A stretch of 64,000 nucleotides of DNA. It comes from an uncultured Acidobacteriota bacterium (GTDB lineage: Bacteria > Acidobacteriota > Blastocatellia > RBC074). Position 1 is the stretch's first letter. Each line of letters opens with the position of its first letter. Of this stretch, positions 18,242-29,300 are shown one piece after another. The DNA lies in assembly GCA_963796275.1 (NCBI GenBank), contig CAWCKY010000001.1:1024001-1088000 (forward strand). The letters are read 5' to 3'. Under the pieces are notes generated by a model. The model saw only the letters and a program-made list of their open reading frames with translations. It did no database searches and had not been told where the DNA came from. A program made the position numbers and the translations under genes.

Positions 18242-18333
18242 CGCGGCGGCCCGAGACGACTGCTTTCTCCTGAATTTCTGTGAAAGTTGTATAACAGAAA
18301 TTCAGGAGAAAGCGGTCGTCTCGGGCCGCCGCG
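18242..18333. repeat. 40-bp near-perfect palindrome with a 12-nt loop
   Basis: 18242-18281 versus 18294-18333, 39/40 complementary. Confidence 0.92.
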
Positions 18334-18412
18334 CTCGAGCGTCTCACTATTCATCTATTCATTTCATAAGGGTAATAAGAAGCAATTTGATTTTTCCTCT
18401 GCTCCCCACCAC

Positions 18413-19603
18413 TCACCGTCTCGTAGCACTGTTGCGAGGCGAGCTGGATCGAACAGTTATTTCCGTTCCGCTCGGGAGATCGAGGTTATCGCGGCCTTGG
18501 ATCAGAACAGTCCCGGCGCCTGCGCCGGCCCCAACCGCGGCTCCGATGGCAGCGCCCGATCCGCCACTGGCTACTGCGCCGATTATCGCGCCGAGGGCCG
18601 CTCCGATGCCTGATCGTGTGATCGTGCGGGTCGATTGACTGTCGTCATCCTTAATAGTGCCTTCACTCTCTATCTTGACCTCTTTCCCGTCAGGCGTGCG
18701 GATGTTTTCGAGTGTGCCTCTGAAATCGTATGTGCTGCCGTCGCGCATCCGAATGCGGTCGAAATTGAGCGTCAGCTCTGCGCTCCCGGTTACACGTCCC
18801 GAACTCTCGATGTTGGAAACGATTCCTTCAATCACGGCACCTCTGTATTGGGAAGGCGATCGCACCTCCATGCTGAAACGATTCGTGGAACTGTCTTCCT
18901 TCGTGGACAGGTTTGTGGTCAGAACGGCTGTAAGCCTGGTGTTATTGGGCACGATAAATCGCCCTTGAACCGGTCGATTGGGGCCGTTGTTATCACGCGG
19001 ACCCGTATAGAGATTCAATTGCGCGATGTCGGACGTCTTTTCATATAGGCTCGTGACGACTATCGGCTGGGAGAAGCGTTCCGCATAAATGCTGCGCGTG
19101 ATCCGCATCCGCTGGCCTCTCTCGGTCGGGTCGAATGTAACGTTGTAATCGCTGCCCTGTGAGCCGGTCCTGTTGACGATCAACTGGTCGCCATTGAGTG
19201 ATGCTTTGATGCGCACCGTCCGCCCACGTTCCGTTGTCTCCGTACGAGTCCGCCCGTCCGCGTCGAAGGTGGTTTTCGGCGCACGTGTGGAGGCCATCGT
19301 GAAGCGGCGTCCGCTCTGCTCAATTGCGATCACATCCGGAGCATCAAGTCTTCGCGTAACGCGCTCGCGCGCCCGTTGTTGCTCGCCCGACGGCAATCCG
19401 CGGATTGCCCGCTCAACTATATCGTCCGCGTTGTCGCTGCGTGAAACATCAAGCCGCCATGTCCCCGTCAATTGGCCGGGATTCCGTTGAGAACGCCGTT
19501 GATTTGCTTGCTGTGCGCTCACGGAAGTATCAGCCTGCACAAGCAGCATTAACAGAAGCGCAAGCATCATGAAATAGTTGATGAATTTTATTTTTACTGA
19601 CAT
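18413..19603 (-). CDS. Secreted protein with TrbI/VirB10-like C-terminal domain and glycine zipper
   Basis: Signal peptide; VPNNTRLTAVLTTNLST...GAVIEG...LNFDRI; GAALGAIIGAVASGGSGAAIGAAVG. Confidence 0.75.
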   Translation of the reverse strand: MSVKIKFINYFMMLALLLMLLVQADTSVSAQQANQRRSQRNPGQLTGTWRLDVSRSDNADDIVERAIRGLPSGEQQRARERVTRRLDAPDVIAIEQSGRRFTMASTRAPKTTFDADGRTRTETTERGRTVRIKASLNGDQLIVNRTGSQGSDYNVTFDPTERGQRMRITRSIYAERFSQPIVVTSLYEKTSDIAQLNLYTGPRDNNGPNRPVQGRFIVPNNTRLTAVLTTNLSTKEDSSTNRFSMEVRSPSQYRGAVIEGIVSNIESSGRVTGSAELTLNFDRIRMRDGSTYDFRGTLENIRTPDGKEVKIESEGTIKDDDSQSTRTITRSGIGAALGAIIGAVASGGSGAAIGAAVGAGAGAGTVLIQGRDNLDLPSGTEITVRSSSPRNSATRR

Positions 19604-19661
19604 TTTCTGGCCCCTCTCTGTTTTGAAATAACCAATCTACAAGCTACATCTTCTAATTGTC

Positions 19662-19677
19662 AGCAAGAATAGTGCCA
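19662..19677 (-). promoter_or_regulatory. sigma54 promoter for 18413-19603
   Basis: TGGCAC-TATTC-TTGCT, a perfect consensus. Confidence 0.85.
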
Positions 19678-19966
19678 GCATTTTGGTTGGGAATGATTAT
19701 CGCCGAGTTGATAAAACTTTAACTATTGAAACTTCACCTTTGAAATATTGAGCGTATTAGGTTAAAATATAGGTTGGGTTAACCTTCTAAATCTTAAATC
19801 AATATAGTCACTCATGTGAATGGGGTACTTGCCTCTGAAGTTTTGAAGGGTTTCCAATAGGGTGCTTCAGACGCAAGAAATTTATCAGGCTGGGTAGTCA
19901 GCTTAAGCTCAGCCGATAGGGGACATTAGCCGCCTCACCTCCAGCAACCGATTTTGTAGAATTATT

Positions 19967-21652
19967 ATGAACGCCAATCATAAATCGCTTAGGTATTCGA
20001 TAGCGCTCTTCCTGGGGTGGCCGTTATTCTGGCTTTCGATGACCTGTTTACTCCTCAGTCCACAGGTCTTAAGCGGAACATCTGTGGAACAGAAGCGAGA
20101 AATATTTATCCTGGCCAGTCTCGCGGTGATTGCAATTCTTGGGGTGTTCATAATTTACATGATTGTGGAACTGAATAGGCGCCAGCGCGCGAAAGAGGCG
20201 CTCCGTCATAGCGAGGAGCGGTTCAGGCAGCTCGCCGAGAACATTGGCGCGGTCTTCCATATGACTGAGCTTCTGGGCGACTCGGACCCCGGTCGAATCA
20301 TTTACGTCAGCCCCGCGTATGAGAAGATTTGGGGAAGCCCGCGTGAGAGTTTGTATACCGATAGTCGCTCCTGGGTAGAGTCGATCCATCCGCATGACAG
20401 GTCGCGCATAGAAGCGGCGATACCCCAAATCGCAACAGTGAAGTTCGATATGGAATATCGCATAGTGCGGCCCGACGGGGGAGTCCGGTGGGTACACGAC
20501 CGTATCTTTCCGATCTACGATGAAAAGGGGAAGCTTTACCGCATCGCCGGAATTGCCGAGGACATAACTGAACGAAAAAAAGCCGAGGAAAGTTTGGCGC
20601 GGGAGAAGAGTTTCTCCGACACCGCGATCGACAGCCTGCCCGGGATATTTTACCTTTTTGATATTCGGGGCCGTTACCTCAGGTGGAATAAAAACTTTGA
20701 ACGAGTCACCGGCTACTCGCACCTGGAGATCGCGGGTATGCATCCGCTGGACTTCATCACCGGCAAAGACAGGCAATCGCTTGCCGAAAAAATCGGCAAG
20801 GTCTTCACTGCGGGCGAGGCGGCCGTGGAGGCCGAGCTCGCCTCGAAGGACGGGCGGGAGACCGCCTACTTTTTCACGGGCAGGAGGATCTATTTCGACG
20901 GCAGGCCGTGTCTCGTTGGGATGGCTATCGATATTACCGAGCGAAGGCAGGCCGAGCAGGCGTTGCAGCAGTTAACGGGCAGGCTCCTCCAATTGCAGGA
21001 TGAGGAGCGCTGGCGGATCGCTGCCGAATTACACGACAGCCTGGGCCAAAGTCTCGCGATTATCAAGAACCGGGCGATGATCTGCCTGCGCGCCTCCTTC
21101 GATGAAGAGAGGCTCAAAGAGCAGCTTGAAGAGATATCGTCCACCGTCACTTCGGCTATCGATGAGGTGAGGGAGATCACTCACAACCTGCGGCCATACG
21201 AACTGGACCGGCTCGGGCTCGTCTCAGCAATCAAATCGATGATCAGAAAGGTCTCCGATTCAAGCTCGATCCGGCTCTTGTCAGACCTCGAACAGATCGA
21301 CGGTCTGCTCTCGAAAGAGGCTGAGACCAGCGTATATCGGATTGTGCAGGAAGGGCTCAACAACGTAATCAAGCACGCCGATGCAACCGAGGCGGGCGTG
21401 ACAATCAAAAAGGACGGACGCCAGGTCATTGTCACGGTGCGGGATAACGGGAAAGGAATTATACCGCGCACTACTCGCAGCAACGGAAAGAATGGCAGCG
21501 GTTTCGGTCTGGCCGGCATTGCGGAGCGGGCGCGGATGTTGGGAGGAGTACAGCAGCTTATTTCAGAGCCGGGTCGAGGAACTACTCTTACTGTTCGACT
21601 GGCACTGGAAGGAGAAAAGGATGAACGGAAACGCGCGCATAGTCATCGCTGA
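19967..21652 (+). CDS. Membrane PAS-PAS sensor histidine kinase, NarX/UhpB (HisKA_3) type
   Basis: Two TM segments, two PAS/PAC domains, ERWRIAAELHDSLGQ, QEGLNNVIKHA, DNGKG. Confidence 0.93.
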   Translation: MNANHKSLRYSIALFLGWPLFWLSMTCLLLSPQVLSGTSVEQKREIFILASLAVIAILGVFIIYMIVELNRRQRAKEALRHSEERFRQLAENIGAVFHMTELLGDSDPGRIIYVSPAYEKIWGSPRESLYTDSRSWVESIHPHDRSRIEAAIPQIATVKFDMEYRIVRPDGGVRWVHDRIFPIYDEKGKLYRIAGIAEDITERKKAEESLAREKSFSDTAIDSLPGIFYLFDIRGRYLRWNKNFERVTGYSHLEIAGMHPLDFITGKDRQSLAEKIGKVFTAGEAAVEAELASKDGRETAYFFTGRRIYFDGRPCLVGMAIDITERRQAEQALQQLTGRLLQLQDEERWRIAAELHDSLGQSLAIIKNRAMICLRASFDEERLKEQLEEISSTVTSAIDEVREITHNLRPYELDRLGLVSAIKSMIRKVSDSSSIRLLSDLEQIDGLLSKEAETSVYRIVQEGLNNVIKHADATEAGVTIKKDGRQVIVTVRDNGKGIIPRTTRSNGKNGSGFGLAGIAERARMLGGVQQLISEPGRGTTLTVRLALEGEKDERKRAHSHR

Positions 21653-22277
21653 TGATCATCCCGTGTTCCTGCAGGGCCTAAGGCAAATCATCGAATTGGA
21701 GCCGGGCCTGGAGGTCGTGGGTGAAGCGAGCGACGGCAATAACGCCCTGGAGGCAATACGAGTTTTCAAACCGGGGATTGTTATCCTGGATATAGAGATG
21801 CCGCGGCTGGACGGGTTGGCGGTGACGCGACGGCTGCGCGAACAAAAGATTCCCATCGAGGTTATTTTGCTGACGGTGCACCGGGAGGAAAGCCTCCTGA
21901 ATTTCGCGCTCGAGCTCGGCGTCAAGGGCTACGTGCTCAAAGACAGCGCAGCGGTCGACATTGTGAGTTGCATAAATGCGGTGGCAAAGGGCGAGTACTA
22001 CACCAGTCCCGCTCTGACGACCTATCTGGTCAACCGCGGCCGCCCGGCCGAACGATCTCGAGGGGCGCGGCCAGGGCCGCTGGACTTAACGCCCACTGAG
22101 CGCCACGTCCTCAGACTGATCGCGGATTACAAGACGAGCAAAGAGATCGCCGAAGAGCTGGGCATCAGCCGGCGAACGGTCGAAACTCACCGCACGAATA
22201 TATGTCAGAAGCTCGAGATACACGGCAGCCACGCATTGATGAAATTCGCTCTCGAGCACAAATCCAGACTCACCTAA
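21621..22277 (+). CDS. NarL/LuxR-family response regulator
   Basis: IADDHP, LDIEMP, LTPTERHVL...SRRTVETHRTNI; GGAG RBS before ATG 21621. Confidence 0.94.
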   Translation: MNGNARIVIADDHPVFLQGLRQIIELEPGLEVVGEASDGNNALEAIRVFKPGIVILDIEMPRLDGLAVTRRLREQKIPIEVILLTVHREESLLNFALELGVKGYVLKDSAAVDIVSCINAVAKGEYYTSPALTTYLVNRGRPAERSRGARPGPLDLTPTERHVLRLIADYKTSKEIAEELGISRRTVETHRTNICQKLEIHGSHALMKFALEHKSRLT

Positions 22278-22582
22278 GAAAAACCGCTATAATACCGGCT
22301 GGACACTTTCCGAAAACGATCTTTTACGGGAGAAGAAGAGGTTTTACGCTCAGTGGCGATTGGTAATTGTGTGTACTGAGAGCGTTTTAAAAGCGGGTAG
22401 TTGGAGCCCTTATTCGGATGGAGCGAAGCGGAATCACTACGTCGCCATTCCTGAACAGCCATGCAAAGGGCCGATAAAATTGGACGGTTGTCACAAGCAT
22501 AAATTGCTATGTGCCTGGGGCTCCACCCTTGGCTTCAGCCAATCTTTTAAAACAATCTCTGACATTTGGAGTAAGTATAAAA

Positions 22583-24073
22583 ATGCTGGAGATGAAGGGA
22601 AAGAGGATCAACAGAAAGATCATAGTTCTGGTCGTTATTGGATTGGCGAGTATCGATTTTATCAGCGCAAGAAATGGAATTGCGATGCAGCGCGCCAATA
22701 CGGCACGGACGGGCATAGATCTTAAATCTTGTCGAGTGAATGATGTTGCTGGCGAATTGCGGTGCGGCACCTATGAGGTTTACGAAGACCGCACAGCGAT
22801 GAGGGGCCGCAGGATCGGTCTTAAAGTCTTAGTTCTCCCGGCATTGAATGGCAGGCGTGCACCGGATGCTCTGTTTATCCTCGCCGGCGGACCGGGTCAG
22901 GCCGCCACGAACCTGGCGGGTTTCGTTTCCCGCACCTTCGCGAGGGTTCGCCAGGAACGCGACATCGTCTTGGTCGATCAGCGAGGTACGGGTGGATCGA
23001 ATGGGTTGGAATGCAATCTTTACGGTAATAGTTTACCGGGGCACCTCGGCGATCTGTTCCCCCTGGAGGCAATCAAAGCCTGCTACGCGCAATGGGATCA
23101 ACGGGCCGATCTGCGCTTTTACACGACGTCCCTCGCTATGGATGATCTCGATGATGTGCGGGCCGCGCTCGGATACGAGACGATCAACCTCTTCGGTACG
23201 TCCTATGGGACTCGTGCGGCGCAGGTCTATATGCGCCAATTTCCCGAACGCGTCCGCACCGTCATTTTGAAGGGAGTTACGCCGATCAGCGAAACCATCC
23301 CGCCCAACATCGCGCGCGATGCGCAGCGATCGTTGCAACTGGTGATTGAGGATTGCGAGAAGAGCGCAACCTGCCGCAAGTCCTTCCCGAACTTCAGACG
23401 GGAATTCGCCGATGTGCTGGCTCGCCTGGAAAAGGGCAGCGTGGGAGTGCAGCTGTCCAATGGCGAAAGCAGCAAGGTGGAACGGGGCGAGCTTTCGCAT
23501 GGAGCTTTCATCACTACCCTTCGCAGCATGCTGCAATCGACAGCCACGATTGCCCAGCTGCCGATGTTGATTCACGAGGCATATAAAGGCAACTACTCGC
23601 CTTACGCGCGCGAAGTCCTCGCTATCCGCCGGGGATTCTCGCAAAGCGTCAGCATCGGGACATTTCTTTCGGTCATCAACAGCGAAGACATGAGGTTGAT
23701 CGATCCCGGTCAATCGGATGGGACTTTTATGGGTGACTACTACTATCGGCAACTGCGCCAGGCGTGCGAACTCCTGCCGCGAGGCGAGATACCGCCCGGT
23801 TACCGGGAACCCGCTCTTTCAACCATGCCGGTATTGCTCATTTCCGGACATTTCGATCCGGCGACTCCACCACAGTATGGCGATGTTATCGCACAGAACC
23901 TGCGCAACGGCCGACACATCGTGGTCCGAAATGGAAGCCATTCCTACACGGGCCTCTCACCCTGCATCGATAACATCATGGCTGATTTCATTATTCGCGC
24001 CGGTGTCAGGGACCTGGATGCATCCTGTGCGGATCGCATCCCGCCCATCGCTTATCTGGTAGGACGCGCGTAA
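22583..24073 (+). CDS. Secreted alpha/beta hydrolase, TAP-like peptidase
   Basis: GGPG, DQRGTG, GTSYG nucleophile, DPATP, GSH; start uncertain (22511-22592). Confidence 0.87.
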   Translation: MLEMKGKRINRKIIVLVVIGLASIDFISARNGIAMQRANTARTGIDLKSCRVNDVAGELRCGTYEVYEDRTAMRGRRIGLKVLVLPALNGRRAPDALFILAGGPGQAATNLAGFVSRTFARVRQERDIVLVDQRGTGGSNGLECNLYGNSLPGHLGDLFPLEAIKACYAQWDQRADLRFYTTSLAMDDLDDVRAALGYETINLFGTSYGTRAAQVYMRQFPERVRTVILKGVTPISETIPPNIARDAQRSLQLVIEDCEKSATCRKSFPNFRREFADVLARLEKGSVGVQLSNGESSKVERGELSHGAFITTLRSMLQSTATIAQLPMLIHEAYKGNYSPYAREVLAIRRGFSQSVSIGTFLSVINSEDMRLIDPGQSDGTFMGDYYYRQLRQACELLPRGEIPPGYREPALSTMPVLLISGHFDPATPPQYGDVIAQNLRNGRHIVVRNGSHSYTGLSPCIDNIMADFIIRAGVRDLDASCADRIPPIAYLVGRA

Positions 24074-25092
24074 TATCCTTCTCTCGTGCGAGCTATTAGT
24101 TTGCGGTGGTTTTTGGGATTGACTGCGATGCGCACTTCTCGATAAGTGCCATCGCGTTTTTCATTACTCGGATAATAATTGACCACATATTGCGTACGCA
24201 GATCCTTAGATATCTGCGTCGCTATGTCGTTCATCTCCTCAGCGGCTTTCGGGTAGAAGGCGCGGCCGCCCGAGTCTTCTGCGAGACGTCCGATCAAGCT
24301 CTTGGCTCTGGCCTCCGGAGACCTGGCGAATAGGTTGAACTTCCCTTTATCGACGAAGCCGACCAGATAAATCTGTACTTCATTCTCTCTGATCGCATTC
24401 TTCACCATTCTCTCTTTGGCAGCGCTGTTGTTCTCCAAACCGTCGCTGATTACGACGAGCGCTTTTCGCCGGCGTTGAGCTTTAGATCTGGCGTAATCGG
24501 AAGTTGCGATGATGGCATCCAGCATCGCCGTACTGCCGCTGATGAAGAGTTCATCTAAGGCCGCTTCCAGTTCGCTTTTATCGCTGGTGAACCCTTTGAC
24601 GAGCTTCGCTTCGGTCTTGAATTGTGAGATGAAGCACTCGTCGTTTGGCCGCATATCTTTGATCAGATAGCGGGCGGCGTCGGATACCGCATAGAGCTTG
24701 GATCGCATACTGCCAGATGTGTCTATGACAAGGCCGAAGCTGAGAGGTATCTCCTCACGGTTAACTGATATGATCTGTTGTGGGACATTGTCCTCAAAGA
24801 CCGTGAAGTCTTCCTTGTCCAAAAAATAGACGGGCATGTTGTTCTGGTCGATGACTGTTACGTCAAGTGAGACCATTTCCGTGCTGATTTTTATTGCATC
24901 GGGGCTTTGCGCTTGGTTGTCAGGCTGATCAGTTGGGCGACGATCGGTCTTTTGTTCTTGGTCGTTCCTCTCTTGTGTTGATATATTAGATTGTTCTTGA
25001 TCCTGGGCAACGATCCGGTCCAGTCTAAAATTCATCACAACACACGAGAGCAAAATCAAGGTAAGTCCTCGTAGGTGTCTCTGGTGCTGCAT
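24052..25092 (-). CDS. Acidobacterial-type VWA domain protein
   Basis: Signal peptide; DTSGS MIDAS, TAMLDAI, ISDG, SGGRAF, RTREGYY. Confidence 0.9.
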   Translation of the reverse strand: MQHQRHLRGLTLILLSCVVMNFRLDRIVAQDQEQSNISTQERNDQEQKTDRRPTDQPDNQAQSPDAIKISTEMVSLDVTVIDQNNMPVYFLDKEDFTVFEDNVPQQIISVNREEIPLSFGLVIDTSGSMRSKLYAVSDAARYLIKDMRPNDECFISQFKTEAKLVKGFTSDKSELEAALDELFISGSTAMLDAIIATSDYARSKAQRRRKALVVISDGLENNSAAKERMVKNAIRENEVQIYLVGFVDKGKFNLFARSPEARAKSLIGRLAEDSGGRAFYPKAAEEMNDIATQISKDLRTQYVVNYYPSNEKRDGTYREVRIAVNPKNHRKLIARTREGYYARPTR

Positions 25093-25251
25093 ATGAAATC
25101 CTCTTTTCTTGGAGCCGATGAACCATCCGGCTCTTCGATTAGGGGGGCAGATTGTGGGGGCATTATACACCTGGAGGCGGCTTGTGTTTGAAGGGCTTCG
25201 GGTTGTTTGAATGCAATTTCTACAAATTAAAACGGGTTGAGAAGTCGGCCG

Positions 25252-26220
25252 CTATAACCAGTCAATCCCGCGAAAATATAGGTAGATTGCCATCGCGACG
25301 ATGAGCATTGAACCGAGCGTTCCGACATATCCATATCGCCAGTCCAATTCCGGCATATATCTGAAATTCATCCCATAAATGCCGGCGATGAGCGTTACCG
25401 ACATCAGAATCGCGGAGATCGCGGTCAGGCGCTTCATCACCATATTCATTCTATTGCTCGAGACGGAGAGATAGGCATCCATAGTGGAACCGAGCATGTC
25501 GCGCATCGTATCTATCGTATCGACTACCCGGATCAAGTGGTCGAAGACATCCTGGAAATAGATGGAGGTCTCGCGCGAGAAGAGCGGTTGTTCTCGCCGC
25601 AGGAGCGTGTTGAAGACATCGCGGAGCGGCGCCACTACGCGCCGCAGGAAGAGCAATTGCTTCTTGATGCGGAAGATCTGCTGGATAGTATCTGGCTGAA
25701 AATTTTCGAAGATTTGATCCTCCAGATCGTCGATCCGGTCTGAGAGCGTATCGAGCAGTGGAAGGTAATCGTCAACAATCGAATCGATCAACAGGTAAGT
25801 CAGCAGGCCTGGCCCGCGGTGAGCCATGTCCGCCCATCCGCGCCAGAGCCGCTCGGCCTGTTCGGTGGCGCGGATCGGCTGACTATGAACCGTGACGAGA
25901 TAGTTTTTTCCGAGAAAAATGCTAAGTTCGCGCAACTCGAGCCCCTGATCATCTTTCAGCAGCGCTTCGTAGAGAACGATGAAGTAGTAACCTTCGTACT
26001 CCTCGATCTTGGGCCTTTGATGCGCGCTTCGGCAATCCTCGATCGAGAGCGGGTGGAAGCCAAATTCTTTGGCCAGTTCGTGGAAGTCCTGGCCGGTCGG
26101 ATCGGACACGTCCACCCAGACGATGTTCGGGGACTCGGCGCACAGATCGCTGATCCTCTCGGGATCGACGCATCTGTTGAAAGTCTTGGTATCGCTGTTC
26201 AGAACCAAAGTGTTGATCAT
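25252..26220 (-). CDS. corA: Mg2+/Co2+ transporter CorA
   Basis: HPLSIED, QRPKIE, GIYGMNF, MPELDW; two C-terminal TMs. Confidence 0.95.
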   Translation of the reverse strand: MINTLVLNSDTKTFNRCVDPERISDLCAESPNIVWVDVSDPTGQDFHELAKEFGFHPLSIEDCRSAHQRPKIEEYEGYYFIVLYEALLKDDQGLELRELSIFLGKNYLVTVHSQPIRATEQAERLWRGWADMAHRGPGLLTYLLIDSIVDDYLPLLDTLSDRIDDLEDQIFENFQPDTIQQIFRIKKQLLFLRRVVAPLRDVFNTLLRREQPLFSRETSIYFQDVFDHLIRVVDTIDTMRDMLGSTMDAYLSVSSNRMNMVMKRLTAISAILMSVTLIAGIYGMNFRYMPELDWRYGYVGTLGSMLIVAMAIYLYFRGIDWL

Positions 26221-26266
26221 AATCCACTATTATCTTCCGAACAGGATGTCAAAGAAATATGAAATA

Positions 26267-26355
26267 AGGGGCAAACAAAAAAGGCAAAGAGGGGCAAAAA
26301 AAGAGGGGCAAAAAAGACAAAGTCTGGCATTTTTTGCCTTTTTTGCTCCTCTTTG
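26267..26355. repeat. Inverted arrangement of degenerate GGCAAAAA repeats
   Basis: ggggcaaac/aaggcaaag/ggggcaaaa...tttttgcct/ttttgctcc between the TBDR and corA. Confidence 0.65.
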
Positions 26356-26386
26356 ATTTTTTAGCTCCGTCAGATCGAACGTCTAC

Positions 26387-29300
26387 TTAAAAGTTGAACC
26401 TCAATTGAAATTCTATCAACCGTCCACCCGGATCGTTCGTGCCCGACACCGTGAAATCACGGAAGGCGTTGGTGGTCTGTCCGAACGCCTCGCCGATTGT
26501 GGTGGTAGATGAATCCGTGCCCGCGCCGCGGATCGTGATATTCGATTGATTGAACGCATTGAGGAATTGGACGCGGAATTCGACGTTGGTCTTCTCCGTG
26601 ATCCTGGTGCGTTTCATCAGGTTAAGGTCGAAACGCGAGGTCCACGGCCCGTAAAGCGGAAGGGTCGAGCCGAGCACTCCGGGCGTGGTCGGCGGCCCGA
26701 TATAGGGTTTGCTCGGATCGAGGTCGGCCAGCGTCTTGCCGCCCTCCTCGAATGCCGCCAGGGTGTTGTCGATAATCTCCTGCGGCAGCCAGTAGACCAC
26801 GCCGTGGCAGAGGGGATCGCAGACGGATGTCTTGCGAATTTTGACCAGAGCCTGGAGTTGATCTCGTGTGATGTTATGAAGCACCACTCCCGCATCATTG
26901 TTGTTGAAGGTCTGGCGCCCGCTGAGGAAGAGTGTGGGCGTGCCGGACTGAATGCGCGCCACACCCCCGATTTGCCATCCTTCAGATACTTTCTTCAAGA
27001 ATGTTGGCCCCCCATTCAAGAAAGAGCGACCGGGACCGATGGGAAGCTCATACAGATAATCGAACTTGAGGCCATGCCTGAGGTCGCGCGGTGCGACGGA
27101 TCGATCGAAGTCTAAATTTCGGAAGGTTGTGGGCGTGGATGCTGCTGCGCTGCTGGTGTCATACACGTTGCCGAGCGACTTCGACCATGCGTAACTGCCC
27201 TGCAGGAGCAGCCCCTTGCTGAATCGGTGGCGAAGCTCGACCTGTAATGCGTGGTGGCTGCTGTCCCCACCATTGGTCATGATCCAGGCATCCTCGGGCG
27301 AGCGGGGATTGGCGACGAAGTAGTTCGAGAGATGGGCGGGGAATTGTTCGGATCAAGCATCGATGTCGAATGGATGAGCCCGTTGGTGATCAGTCTATTC
27401 ATGCGAGTCAAATTGGTGGCGATGCTGTTGGCCACTCGTCCTGCCTCGCCGCGATCAAGCGATGTGATCGTGTTCGAGTCATTCGGACTGTTGATCGCAG
27501 TCTGGATTATATCGACCAGGACTTGGCCGGGAAGACCCGAGAAGCCGTAACTGCAGTCGTCATCGCATCCGGGATTATTCTCCCGATATATTCTCAGGTT
27601 ATTCTGAGCATTCTTAAATTCATTGATGAAGCCATTTTCAAAGATATTGACCTCGTTGACCTCAGACTGACGCCAGAGCCGTGTTCCGTGGTTTCCGACG
27701 TAGCGGACTTCAAGCGCCATATCTTTAGTCAATTCGCGCTGGATACCAAATGTCCAGGACTGTACATAACCCGGCCTTAGTTTGGGATCGAAATCGTTGA
27801 TAGATGCGCCCTGTACCGCAGTGAACGGGAATTTCGGCGTGCTGAGATCCAGAAACGGAAAAGATCCATTCGCGCAGCAACCGGCTGCCTGGCGTGCCGA
27901 ACACGTCCGGATTACTGGCGGGATTGACACCATTGGTGAACGAAACGCCCTCATTCGATCCGAACATGCTGTTGAACGCATTGAAGCCTTCGCGGATGAA
28001 TGCGATCGAATAGCCGCCGCGCAGAACGGTCCGGCCAGAACTGCCGAAGATGCGGCCGAGCAGGCTCGATTTGAAGTCCGGTGACCACGCAAAGCCGATG
28101 CTCGGAGCAATGTCTCTGTAATTATTCCTGAACGCTTTTTCTCCGGGTTCCAACAAAAAGTATTGCGTGGGTTTCCCGGTATATACACCCGGCTTGAAGA
28201 GATTGTTCATACCCGAGACGCCAAAAACTCCTTCAGGAGTGGTCCTGGTGTAGACCTGGTTATCGTTGACCGGCGACGGGTCGAACTCCCATCGAAGGCC
28301 GCCCGTGATGGTCAATTGCTGTGATACCTTCCAGCGGTCCTGCGCATAGATGCCGAATTGATTCTGGTGATTGCGCTGTACGACGTCGTTGTACTCGAAC
28401 TGGCGCGTCTCCTCGTTAAATGCGGAATCCCTCACTGTCGCGGAGATGCGGCCAGTCAACAGGGCATATAGATTCCAGGCATCCGTCCGCTGTGCGAGGG
28501 TGCTGCCGGGAAAATTGCGTCTCTCGGTCGTAAAAATGCTGGTGGGGCCTGTGTTGATGGGATCGCCGGTCGCGATGCCGATACTGATCTGCGGCACCAA
28601 TGCGGTGCTGATATCGCTGTTCCAAACGGCGATCCGGGTATAACTGCCGCCGAAGTTGAGCTCATGCGACCCCTTCAGCCAGGTCAGATTGTCGGTCAGC
28701 GTTTTGACCGGCGTATTACGCCGCGAGTTCGAGGTGTAGGACCTGTAAGCGGAAGTAAATGGATTGGTGACGTTGTAGCCATTGAATAACCGGAATTGAC
28801 CGGGCCCGAACTCACGCCGGAAATTTGAAGTGCCGTTGCCTGAAGAAGTAGCCCGGATTTCGTTGACGAGGTTATTCCGGATTGTCCATCGCTCTGCCAG
28901 CGTGAATGTAAACGCATTGCGATAGATGCTGCCGGTGGTGCCATCGCCGCCCAGAACTGAACCAGTGCCGGGATAGGCCGAAAAGATGCTGTTAACGCCG
29001 TCCGGCTGGGAGAAATAATGCTGATAATTGTGGACAAACTCCAGATGATGTTTATCAGTCACGTTGAAGTCCAGGCGGATAGTCGGGAATCGCCGTATAT
29101 TTCGGGCCGGATCGACGAAATTGAGATTGAGCCGGTTGTAATCGTTATTGGTTTCGACGCGGCTCAGAAGCGGCAGGCCATTCTTTGATGCATCGTTGAT
29201 CATGTTTAGCGCATTGGCCGTCATCTGATCGGGTTCGTCGGGATAAGTTAGGGTAGTCCCATCAGGGAGTTTCGCATCCCGGGCTATTTTGTAGAGATCG

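Noticed and set aside
18237-18252. Extra sigma54 motif (GGGCCG-CCGCG-TTGCG, minus strand) for the MCDYSL gene
   Set aside because: Poor -24 box, lies within the GC-rich palindrome arm and 360 bp from the start
18413-19603. Type IV secretion system suggested by the VirB10-like domain
   Set aside because: No other T4SS components in the window
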